DNA of 64,000 nucleotides from a virus (IMGVR_UViG_2708743157_000002:3166-67165); one strand, 5' to 3'; shown: positions 20,606 through 28,414, numbered from the stretch's first letter. Numbers and translations are program-made. Notes: generated from the sequence alone by a model not told the origin.

Positions 20606-20885
20606 AGCTTCGCCCGCCTCCGTGTTTCGCTTGCTCCTCGCGCAATTCAGCCAGCGCCTGCGTCGCCGCCTTTGCTTCGCGTTGAAGCGCTTTGAGGCCG
20701 GTTATAGCTTCGGATACCTCTACGGCTACTTTTACGCTAACGTCGCCTGTTGCGTAGATATTTCCGGTTTGAGATTCTAGGCTGAATTTTGGAGCTTGAT
20801 ATCCGTCTGTTAAGGAGTAACCTGTTTTGTTTAGAGCTACCCCCGCCATTACTGAATTTCTTGTTGATTCGCGTTTATCCGCCAT
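20595..20885 (-). CDS. Hypothetical phage protein
   Basis: ADKRES... and V.V.VEVSEAITGLKALQREAK.AT.AL.EL pattern; RBS aaggag. Confidence 0.65.
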   Translation of the reverse strand: MADKRESTRNSVMAGVALNKTGYSLTDGYQAPKFSLESQTGNIYATGDVSVKVAVEVSEAITGLKALQREAKAATQALAELREEQAKHGGGRSYDE

Positions 20886-20941
20886 TCACATCGTCTCCTT
20901 TTCGTTTCTTAAAGCGCGCTTCAGCGTGAAACTCGCTTTTA

Positions 20942-21000
20942 CAGGGGCGGCAGGGATCGAACCTGCCCAAATAATTCGCCACCGAGGAACATGCGCCCCT
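20942..21000 (-). ncRNA. Anticodon-less tRNA(Trp)-like mini RNA
   Basis: Acceptor AGGGGCG/CGCCCCU plus discriminator G; T arm GCAGG-UUCGAUC-CCUGC; D-like arm with GG; only about 10 nt where the anticodon and variable arms belong. Confidence 0.7.
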
Positions 21001-21110
21001 ATTTGCCACACCGACCGGGGTCCGCATTGTTAAGAGGCGTGTCGGTGGGTGCGCTAGCGTCACCGGAAGGCCCGTAAGCACATTCCGACTGATCAGTAAA
21101 ACGCAAGCAC

Positions 21111-21143
21111 AAAAAGACCTCCGCCGTAGGGTGCGGAAGCCTC
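21111..21143 (-). terminator. Intrinsic terminator inside the ncRNA cluster
   Basis: ggcttccgc-accctac-ggcggaggtc followed by ttttt. Confidence 0.7.
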
Positions 21144-21290
21144 GTTCTGATTGCGTTGGACTCACGTAGGCTAAGTCGACCGTCGGGTTATAAACCCTTT
21201 CGAATGTCGAACGCAAGTCACCGCGACAATTATACATGCTTTCCAGTACGTATTTAACGTCCCCACCGGTGGAGAATCCGACGTCGCTAT

Positions 21291-21428
21291 CGGATATGCG
21301 GACGAGGATTTGCACCTCGCATACTGGTTATCCCGGGCCGTATGTGCTTCTATACCAGCAAAGTTAGGTGTCTTTCACTCTCTCGATGCACCCGCAAATT
21401 GCGTCTACCTATTCCGCCACCGCATCCG
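21291..21428 (-). ncRNA. tRNA(Leu)-like RNA with a large insertion replacing the anticodon arm
   Basis: 5' AUGCGG-UG-GCGGAAUAGGUAGACGC (Leu-type D arm); 3' GCGAGG-UGCAAAU-CCUCGU-CCGCAU; about 80 nt of structured insert between them. Confidence 0.7.
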
Positions 21429-21443
21429 TGATTTGCTCGTATA

Positions 21444-21605
21444 TTAACGGACGTAGTAAAATTCTTCTCCGGGCTCAACCGCAACCCCCGCCAATTCCGC
21501 AAGCTTTTGAAAAGCTACGTTATTCTCTAGCGGACCTGCCTCGCATTCATATCTGCAAACCTTGAGTTGCTCGACGATTTCTTTTAACGTTTTAAATTCC
21601 GCCAT
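21444..21605 (-). CDS. Small hypothetical protein (53 aa, MAEFKTLKEIVEQLKVCRYECEAGPLENN...)
   Basis: Manually translated; overlaps the stop of the upstream gene. Confidence 0.6.
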   Translation of the reverse strand: MAEFKTLKEIVEQLKVCRYECEAGPLENNVAFQKLAELAGVAVEPGEEFYYVR

Positions 21606-21873
21606 TCGATTCGTTCACCCTTTCGTAAGTCTTTTCGAAAATGTCCGGCTTGCACGGGTAAAGTTCGCCCTTAATGCCGCGAATAATGTAATCGCCAACT
21701 TGCGCAGCCATTACGCCTTCTAACGTCGGTATATACATTACGACCGGGTTTTGTCGATAGTCTACCCGAATTAACTTACCGTGGGATAACTCCGATATAG
21801 CCGATATAGATTCCGTCGTATCCTCGAATTTTACCGCTTCTATTTCAATCGGCTTTTTACGATATTTCGCCAC
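21592..21873 (-). CDS. Conserved phage protein (KYRKKP.EIEA / GDYIIRG..GE.YPCKPDIF family)
   Basis: Recognisable motif family; RBS gggagg. Confidence 0.85.
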   Translation of the reverse strand: MAKYRKKPIEIEAVKFEDTTESISAISELSHGKLIRVDYRQNPVVMYIPTLEGVMAAQVGDYIIRGIKGELYPCKPDIFEKTYERVNESNGGI

Positions 21874-21987
21874 CTTTTCGCCCTCCCTTCGAAATCACAC
21901 GAAATTAGCGTCTCTAACGCTTACCCTACCGAATACCCTCCGTCTGGATTAAAACGGCTGGGGCGCGCTTATTTCGTGGAATAATCG

Positions 21988-22116
21988 TTATATTAATCCG
22001 CCATAATAACAAGCCTCGTAATATTCGTCCCAACACCGCTCGCACATATGACAATCGTTAATATCATCGTAGTCTACTTCGCCATCTTTTTCGCAAACGT
22101 CGCATTTATGAGGCAT
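21988..22116 (-). CDS. Small CxxC-CxxC zinc-binding protein (42 aa)
   Basis: Manually translated MPHKCDVCEKD...CHMCERCW; RBS gaaggtg. Confidence 0.5.
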   Translation of the reverse strand: MPHKCDVCEKDGEVDYDDINDCHMCERCWDEYYEACYYGGLI

Positions 22117-22267
22117 CGTCTGCACCTTCGTTTAGCGTCGAATATTCAACGGAAATCGGCGTCGAGCTGATCGGCTGATTCGGAACATTTACTATCGGTC
22201 CGACAATTTCGTCTTTCAAAATAGCGTATAGAACGCCTTCGCCTGTAAGAGCGATTTTCTTCTCCAT
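22106..22267 (-). CDS. Small hypothetical protein (53 aa, MEKKIALTGEG...)
   Basis: Manually translated; RBS ggagggg. Confidence 0.5.
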   Translation of the reverse strand: MEKKIALTGEGVLYAILKDEIVGPIVNVPNQPISSTPISVEYSTLNEGADDAS

Positions 22268-22427
22268 TTCCGTGATCCCCTCCGTTTAGTTGACGCCCCG
22301 AGTTCGAAAAATTGTGCGCAAGTTCCGAACAGCAGTTGCGCCGGTATTTTTGGGGGCGGTTGGGGGCCCGGCGTTTCCGCGATTCTTCGTTTGGGTCATC
22401 GTATATTAAATACATATTTATGAATAA

Positions 22428-22460
22428 CGAATTTAACAGAAGTAAATTGAGTTACATTCG
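22428..22460. other. dif-like tyrosine recombinase target site
   Basis: CGAATTTAACAGAA-gtaaa-TTGAGTTACATTCG imperfect inverted repeat; related copy at 19812..19847. Confidence 0.55.
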
Positions 22461-23143
22461 AATCAATAGACAAACGTTGATATGATAGCGTTCGTCATCG
22501 TTTACTCATCGCAATTAATCGTATGTTCTTTATGCATTCAAGAAGCCGCGCCACGCATGCACCCTGCCGTATGCCGTGTGCCGTATGCTATGTATAGGAT
22601 CGTGCATATTGCGTCGGTCATTTGGGTTGACCCCGTGAGTTTTGGAAGGGCTCATCCTCCGGCAGTGGCTCGTTGCTGTTCGCCTCATCACGCATCGCAA
22701 CCGGACGTCTCCCCGCCGCCTTCCTTCCTATATAACCATACGTATGCCTATACGGTGTTACATATAGCGCATGTATGCCGGCAGTATCCCGCCTGCCTAT
22801 CGCTAGGTTATACGGTATGTTACGTCCTTCTATTACGTATAGACAGCTAAGACGGTAAATGTTGATACTTATCGTTAGAATACCGTTATTTATTTCGTTA
22901 GGTTAGCGCTCTATTAACGTCTATCCTACGTACTCACATCCGAATGTATTTAAACATAGCGCTAATTCCGGTCACTTCGTTCCCTACATACGCGCAGATA
23001 TTAATAGATATATTGATTGCGTTAACACCGGACGAAGGCGAAGCCGTAGTTCCGGAGGCTTGTGACTCACAAGACTAAGAAGTGATTGACGGGCTAAAAC
23101 GGCTGTATCCCTTGCGGCTCTAAGCGCGAACCCGCTTTTCGGG

Positions 23144-23194
23144 TGTACGAATAAAGTCGTGTTTTTGCCCGATTTGTACGAATAAAGTCGTGTT
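23144..23194. repeat. 20-bp direct repeat, two copies (TGTACGAATAAAGTCGTGTT)
   Basis: Exact copies at 23144..23163 and 23175..23194, period 31 bp. Confidence 0.9.
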
Positions 23195-23267
23195 CATTAT
23201 CATTTAGGTTATCATAATTGAGAATCGTATGATAAACGAATCCACAAAAAAAGACGCCAACTATTCG

Positions 23268-24290
23268 TCAGCGCCTCAACGTCAGTATTTTTCCCGTCAG
23301 AAACAATCCGACGACCGCCTTCCGTTTTAGCATCGCCAAGTATATCCGCCTTGTCCAGCTCTCCTCGTGCTGCAACGCCAGCGCAACCGCCTTCCCTACG
23401 TTCGGATGTTCGACTATACGCTTAATCAGCGTCAACTTTTCGCGCACTGTTTTACGACAGTCCGGCTTGAATTCGTTTTGTATACAGCCGTTAACCGCGA
23501 TATAACATTTCCGCCGCGCCAGATCTACCGCAACCTTCTCGCTATACAAGCCCCATCGTCTCGCGTACCGTTCGAGCGTATCGCTATCGATGTACGAATC
23601 GAACAGCTCCGGATTATATTCGCGCATCAAACTAGCGTCATTAATCTGCCGGTAATGGTACAGCGGCTTATCGATATAGTACGCCGTCTGACAATACGTA
23701 AATGCGTCCATGTTGAACAGCCAATCTTCGCCGAGGTACTTGCCGTCAGGAAACGTTATGTTATACGTATCGAGGATGCTTTTGCGGATTACCTTACCGA
23801 CGCCGCCGTACGATCCGTTGTATAAGAAATCCGTTAATATAGTCGCCTTAATATCGGCCCGTCCGATCGGCTCATTTGCTTTTGCGCTATAACTTTTCGT
23901 AAAGCTTTTCGACGCATCTTCGTAATCCCAACGCATGTCCGTAAACACAATATCTGCGTTGTTTTCATGGGCAGCTTCGTACATAATCGCGTAAGCTTCC
24001 GGCTCAATCCAGTCGTCTGAGTCGATAAACGCTACAAATTCGCCTTTCGCCTGCTTCAGCGCTGTATTACGCGCCGTTCCCGGCCCTTGATTCGCCTGAT
24101 AGATCGGTTTGACTCGTTCATCTATCGTAGAATAGAATCGCAAAATATTGCGTGTTGCGTCAGTTGAGCCGTCATCTACGACCAAAACCTCGATATTTTT
24201 AAGCGTCTGTCCGAGCACGCTATCGATGCAATCGCAAAGATACTTTTCGCCATTGTATACCGGTATAATAACGCTCATTTTCGGATTCAT
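23268..24290 (-). CDS. GT2 glycosyltransferase, EpsH/EpsJ-like
   Basis: SVIIPVYN.EKYL..C, VDDGSTD, NQG...ARN, FIDSDD, GED, LYHYR. Confidence 0.92.
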   Translation of the reverse strand: MNPKMSVIIPVYNGEKYLCDCIDSVLGQTLKNIEVLVVDDGSTDATRNILRFYSTIDERVKPIYQANQGPGTARNTALKQAKGEFVAFIDSDDWIEPEAYAIMYEAAHENNADIVFTDMRWDYEDASKSFTKSYSAKANEPIGRADIKATILTDFLYNGSYGGVGKVIRKSILDTYNITFPDGKYLGEDWLFNMDAFTYCQTAYYIDKPLYHYRQINDASLMREYNPELFDSYIDSDTLERYARRWGLYSEKVAVDLARRKCYIAVNGCIQNEFKPDCRKTVREKLTLIKRIVEHPNVGKAVALALQHEESWTRRIYLAMLKRKAVVGLFLTGKILTLRR

Positions 24291-24389
24291 TTATAACCGC
24301 CCTTTCGGTTCGGGAATTCCCGTACTTTTATCGATAGGATAATTATACCAACGCGCGCTCGAATTTCAAGACAAAAAAAAGACGCCGAT

Positions 24390-24614
24390 TTATTCAGCGT
24401 CCTCTTCTGCGGCTTCTTCAATTTCGAATAGCTCATCGACTTCTACGCCGAGCGCTTTCGCAATCGAAAAAACGTGCCAGTCTTCGTGGCGGCTATTCTT
24501 ATCAAATCGCGATATTGAACCTTGCGGCACGCCCGATGCCTCCGATAGTCTTACTTGCGTCCATCCTTTCGCCTTCATAACGGCGTTTAGGCGCGGTGTT
24601 GCGTTTAGTTTCAT
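24390..24614 (-). CDS. XRE-family HTH regulator of the accessory island
   Basis: WTQVRLSEASGVPQGSISRF...IAKALGV..DELF; start refined to ATG 24614 (RBS gaggtgg). Confidence 0.9.
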   Translation of the reverse strand: MKLNATPRLNAVMKAKGWTQVRLSEASGVPQGSISRFDKNSRHEDWHVFSIAKALGVEVDELFEIEEAAEEDAE

Positions 24615-24633
24615 TTCGACCACCTCTGCGACC

Positions 24634-24696
24634 ATTATACGATATCGAATAAATTTCCGCAAATCCGTTGACATTCAATATCGTATATCGTATATT
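24634..24696. promoter_or_regulatory. Divergent promoters overlapped by TATACGATATCGTATA-like operators
   Basis: Plus: TTGACA(24668)-17-TATATT; minus: TTGCGG-17-TATAAT; operator-like copies at 24636..24651 and 24679..24694. Confidence 0.75.
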
Positions 24697-24744
24697 TAGG
24701 ACGACGAAGGGCCCTCGTTAATAAAATCCGAGAGGGGTAACGAA

Positions 24745-25542
24745 ATGATTAATGATCCACGAAAACTGAATAAGGCGATTAAAGAACGAAACGGAGGCGC
24801 AGCCCCACCGACCAAAGCAAAGCTGCACCGTCCGAATCGAACGAAGCACTTCCAGTATATCACAGCGTTTATTCTATGCGCAATGTTATTCGCATCCACT
24901 TCAGTCACCGCACAAGCCATCGACGTTTACCGCAACTTTGCCGAACTCCAATCCAACGAACCCGAGACGAACTATAACATTTTCACAATCGACCACGCTT
25001 CGCCCGTTCTGATACTCGCACCGCACGGCGGCAGTATTGAAGGCGGAACCAGCGAATTAGCTCGCGAACTCAGTAACGACTATTCTACGTATCTATTCGA
25101 ATCTCTTAAGACGCAGAACGGCTTCGACCTTCACATCACGAGTACCCATTTCGACGAACCAACTGCGCTTGCCTTAGTTGCGCGACACCAACGCGTTATA
25201 TCACTCCACGGTTACAGCGACAGCGCCGAGCATATTATCGTAGGCGGCACTGATCCTGTTCGCGGCCAGTCGTTAGTAGATCGCTTGAACGCTGCCGGCT
25301 TTAGTGCCGAACTCGTAGGCGCAGGACATCGATTCGCAGGCGCAAGTAGCGCGAACATAGCGAATAAGTGCATAACCGGCGAAAGCCTACAGATCGAGCT
25401 CAGTACCGGTTTGCGTAAAAGCATGTTCGGTAAGTTCTCGCTTAACGGACGCGACGGAACTGAAACCGCGACGTTCTATAAGTTTGCCGGGTTGCTGTCG
25501 GAGTTCATTAACGAAAACTATAACGTTGGAGGTAACGAATAA
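24745..25542 (+). CDS. Poly-gamma-glutamate hydrolase (PghP/DUF867 family) with signal peptide
   Basis: D.Y.NFAEL, APHGGSIEGGTSE, LHITSTHFDEP, ISLHG, NI.N, QIELS..LR; hydrophobic leader ending AQA. Confidence 0.92.
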   Translation: MINDPRKLNKAIKERNGGAAPPTKAKLHRPNRTKHFQYITAFILCAMLFASTSVTAQAIDVYRNFAELQSNEPETNYNIFTIDHASPVLILAPHGGSIEGGTSELARELSNDYSTYLFESLKTQNGFDLHITSTHFDEPTALALVARHQRVISLHGYSDSAEHIIVGGTDPVRGQSLVDRLNAAGFSAELVGAGHRFAGASSANIANKCITGESLQIELSTGLRKSMFGKFSLNGRDGTETATFYKFAGLLSEFINENYNVGGNE

Positions 25543-27305
25543 TGAGATATACGTTGGAAGTCGAAAAGTACGGTATTTGTAGCGATGGGACTGAGGCGGC
25601 AGTGGCTACGACAGGATTTAATCAGGCGCTTATGGACGCATCAGAGGCGGGCATTTGCGAAGTTGATATACCGCGTGGCGTATACTTGATCGACGGAGTT
25701 AATAAAAATTCCGTCAATAAGCCGGAAGAACGCGCAGGCATTATCATTCCGTCCAACATGACTTTAAATTTGCACCCGGAAGCCGAGTTCCGTGTCGAGC
25801 CGAATAGCTCGTTTGGCTATACGTGCTTCTATATCGGAGAAGTCGAGAATGTGGCGATAAAAGGCGGCAAGATACGCGGCGAACGTTACCAGCACGACTT
25901 TACCGGACATGGTGATCGTATAAAGAAAGAAACACACGAATGGGGCTACGGCATAAACGTACACGGAGCCAAGAACGTCCTGATTGAGGGCGTAGATATT
26001 GCGGACTGCACAGGCGATTGTATTATGGTGAACGCGCAAGGCATGTTAAACGTACCGTGGACGACTTACCGACCCGCCCGCAATATTACGATTGAGCGTT
26101 GTAAATTAGATGGTGCGCGTCGAAACAATATATCTGTCACCGGCGGAGAAGATGTAAAGATCGATAAAAACGTAATAACCAACGCTGGCATAAACGATGG
26201 CTGCAAGCCTATGTTCGGCATTGATATCGAAGGTTACGGAGAAGGTAATATCGACTACGAAGAGCCTCGCAATGTGAGGATAACGAACAATACTTTCAAA
26301 GGAAATGTGCTGCAGTCCGTTTGTAATTTCAGCGGATACGAGGTCGTTATTTCCGGAAACTATTCGGATAACTCGATCTCTTATGGATTCGGAACCGACA
26401 CTACTATCTCGAATAATACGTTAGTACGTACGGACAAGAAATATACCGCGATTACGAGCCTTGGCGTGTCGGCTGGCTTTAGCGGAAATAATATATCAAT
26501 TACCGGAAATACGATAAAAGGTTTCAGCAGTGGTATTGACGTCCGGGGCGCAGACGTCTCAGTATCCGGCAATACAATTTCGGAGCTTAGCGCTGACGGC
26601 ACCGCATTAGCTACCTTCGAAGCCAAGAACGTTAAGTTTTCAGACAACATCGTAAATCACTGCCCGGGTAAATTATGTAGTACGCGTAATTCAAAAGATA
26701 TAACGTTCGAAGGTAACGATCTCCACGATTCAGATATAGCTGCGATAGAGATTGCCGATTCCGTTAACGTTAAAGCGAAGTCGAACGACATTAAACGCAG
26801 TAAGCAAGGCGTTATAGTTACACGGTCTTCGGCGAAACTGATAGATAACGACATTGATCTTACCGACTACTCTGGCGCAGCAGGATACGCTATATCTTTC
26901 GATAAGGGAAGCGACGTGGATATTAAATACACTCACATACCAAAACCGGCAAACATGGCTATTTACGGAGAAAGTGCAGAAGGTCGAACCGTCCGCATTA
27001 AGAACAACGACATCACTGACGCGAAATGTCTGATACCGATTTACGTCGTCGGCGGTAAAAACCCCGAAATATCCGGAAATGACATAACGTTTAATCGTAA
27101 GGCTTCCGGCGGTTACGGAATTCAAACGAAAAACACCGACGGTGCATTAGTAAAAGAAAACGTTGTGTATTCGGCCAACTCTTTCGCGCTCTACAATCCG
27201 ATAAAGACTTCCGAATCTATTAATTCGCGAGTCATCGGAAATAAGATAGCCGGAACTCTATCGCTTAACCAAACCGATATAGAAACGAATAATATTTCAA
27301 TTTAA
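25542..27305 (+). CDS. Right-handed parallel beta-helix protein (pectate-lyase-like, putative depolymerase)
   Basis: IP.GVYLID cap, HEWGYGI, DCTGDCI, RRNNISV, FGIDIE, many Asn-rich beta-helix repeats. Confidence 0.85.
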   Translation: MRYTLEVEKYGICSDGTEAAVATTGFNQALMDASEAGICEVDIPRGVYLIDGVNKNSVNKPEERAGIIIPSNMTLNLHPEAEFRVEPNSSFGYTCFYIGEVENVAIKGGKIRGERYQHDFTGHGDRIKKETHEWGYGINVHGAKNVLIEGVDIADCTGDCIMVNAQGMLNVPWTTYRPARNITIERCKLDGARRNNISVTGGEDVKIDKNVITNAGINDGCKPMFGIDIEGYGEGNIDYEEPRNVRITNNTFKGNVLQSVCNFSGYEVVISGNYSDNSISYGFGTDTTISNNTLVRTDKKYTAITSLGVSAGFSGNNISITGNTIKGFSSGIDVRGADVSVSGNTISELSADGTALATFEAKNVKFSDNIVNHCPGKLCSTRNSKDITFEGNDLHDSDIAAIEIADSVNVKAKSNDIKRSKQGVIVTRSSAKLIDNDIDLTDYSGAAGYAISFDKGSDVDIKYTHIPKPANMAIYGESAEGRTVRIKNNDITDAKCLIPIYVVGGKNPEISGNDITFNRKASGGYGIQTKNTDGALVKENVVYSANSFALYNPIKTSESINSRVIGNKIAGTLSLNQTDIETNNISI

Positions 27306-27308
27306 TCG

Positions 27309-27337
27309 TTGACTTACGTTATACGATATCGTATAAT
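27309..27337 (+). promoter_or_regulatory. SigA promoter containing a perfect 16-bp palindromic operator
   Basis: TTGACT-17-TATAAT; TATACGATATCGTATA at 27320..27335. Confidence 0.8.
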
Positions 27338-27365
27338 AGATTTATAGAGAGGAGGGGAAAAACGA

Positions 27366-27479
27366 TTGAACGCGGAAACGGTACTAATTATAACGGCGAT
27401 AGTAAACTTCGTCATTGCGGTAACGAATTTGGCAACAGCCTGCGTTAACGCAAAAAACGCTAATCGCAAAAACGACTAG
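27366..27479 (+). CDS. Small single-TM peptide (37 aa, MNAETVLIITAIVNFVIAVTNLATACVNAKNANRKND)
   Basis: Manually translated; strong RBS gaggagggg; below ORF-track cutoff. Confidence 0.65.
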   Translation: MNAETVLIITAIVNFVIAVTNLATACVNAKNANRKND

Positions 27480-27573
27480 CGCCAGAACATTGATACGGGG
27501 TTGATTGGAGAGTCCGCCCCGTGTCTCTTATAGTACCGTAACCAAAATGCAAACACAAGGAGGCGAGCGCGCC

Positions 27574-27663
27574 ATGTTAACGGTATTAACCATCGGCATT
27601 ACGGCGGCGGCCCTGATCGTAGCAATCGCGGGTCTTGTCGTAGCACTAAAACGGAGGCGATAA
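27574..27663 (+). CDS. Small single-TM peptide (29 aa, MLTVLTIGITAAALIVAIAGLVVALKRRR)
   Basis: Manually translated; RBS aaggagg; hydrophobic helix plus basic tail. Confidence 0.7.
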   Translation: MLTVLTIGITAAALIVAIAGLVVALKRRR

Positions 27664-27667
27664 CGGT

Positions 27668-27871
27668 ATGGAACAGCTTATGATTCGTAAAGTATGGTCG
27701 GATGTACCGGCATTAACACCGCAGCAGGAAGCGCAGATCCTCGAATTATACGTGCGTCCCGCCGCCAATTTCGGTCGATGCGGGCGCGCTTACCAAATCG
27801 GGATCAATACGCTAATGCAATATTTCGGGTATCGTATCGAAAAGGAAACGGAGAGCCAGAACGATGATTGA
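27668..27871 (+). CDS. Hypothetical protein (67 aa)
   Basis: ORF track; RBS ggaggcg. Confidence 0.65.
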   Translation: MEQLMIRKVWSDVPALTPQQEAQILELYVRPAANFGRCGRAYQIGINTLMQYFGYRIEKETESQNDD

Positions 27872-27980
27872 ATACACTTGCCACGATTGCAATTACGCAA
27901 AGTTAGATATCGAAATCAAGCCGGACGCGTGCTGCCCGACGTGTGGTACGCGGCTGGAAGTCGAGGAGGAAATCGTATGA
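27864..27980 (+). CDS. Small zinc-ribbon protein (38 aa, CHDC...CPTCG)
   Basis: Manually translated; RBS ggag; ATGA overlap with the next gene. Confidence 0.6.
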   Translation: MIEYTCHDCNYAKLDIEIKPDACCPTCGTRLEVEEEIV

Positions 27981-28414
27981 AACGTTTAGTTAAATCGCTC
28001 GTAATCACCGCGACCTTATTAACCGGCACTATTGCGCTGGCTCCGCAAGCTGACGCGGCATGGTCAGGATGGCAGACGGAAAAGTTCGGACACAAGGCGC
28101 GAGTATATACGGACGCTACCACGTACACAACCAGCGCGACTACAGTCGATTGGAAAGCCGAGAAGAAAGGCGCCGCAACGCTATATTACACGGCCGGCGT
28201 TTATAAAAAGCGGAGCGGCGGCGGGCTGACGGATACCGGCTTGGTGCAGCGCGGAAGCTTCAAGACATCAACGCCGATGAAATCGTTTAGCGCGAAGTCG
28301 ATCCGCAGCAAGACCGGCAAAGGCACATACGTTATTCAGATCGACTGCTATTCGGATTCGAGCAAGCGCAAATACGTCGGCACGTTTGAGTCAGCGAAAT
28401 TCAACGTTAAATAA
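27977..28414 (+). CDS. Secreted basic beta-sandwich protein
   Basis: Start refined to MKRLVKSLVITATLLTG; Sec signal ending ADA; RBS gaggagg. Confidence 0.75.
   Translation: MKRLVKSLVITATLLTGTIALAPQADAAWSGWQTEKFGHKARVYTDATTYTTSATTVDWKAEKKGAATLYYTAGVYKKRSGGGLTDTGLVQRGSFKTSTPMKSFSAKSIRSKTGKGTYVIQIDCYSDSSKRKYVGTFESAKFNVK

Noticed and set aside
20994-21100. HDV-like/theta or hammerhead ribozyme
   Set aside because: P2-like pairing and a CAAAU linker exist but no P3/L3 could be built; CUGAUCA lacks the CUGANGA and GAAA core. A cmscan would settle it
20875-21315. 146-aa minus-strand ORF
   Set aside because: No RBS; runs through a terminator and both tRNA-like structures
20942-21428. Functional tRNA genes, tmRNA or YrlA Y RNA
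   Set aside because: No anticodon loops, no tag ORF, arm order not permuted, and no Ro60/rsr gene in the window
22146-22850. ORFs 22146..22415 (-) and 22482..22850 (+)
   Set aside because: No RBS, low-complexity composition; a shorter ORF in another frame has the RBS
23144-23194. CRISPR mini-array
   Set aside because: Only two 20-bp repeats with an 11-bp spacer; no cas genes
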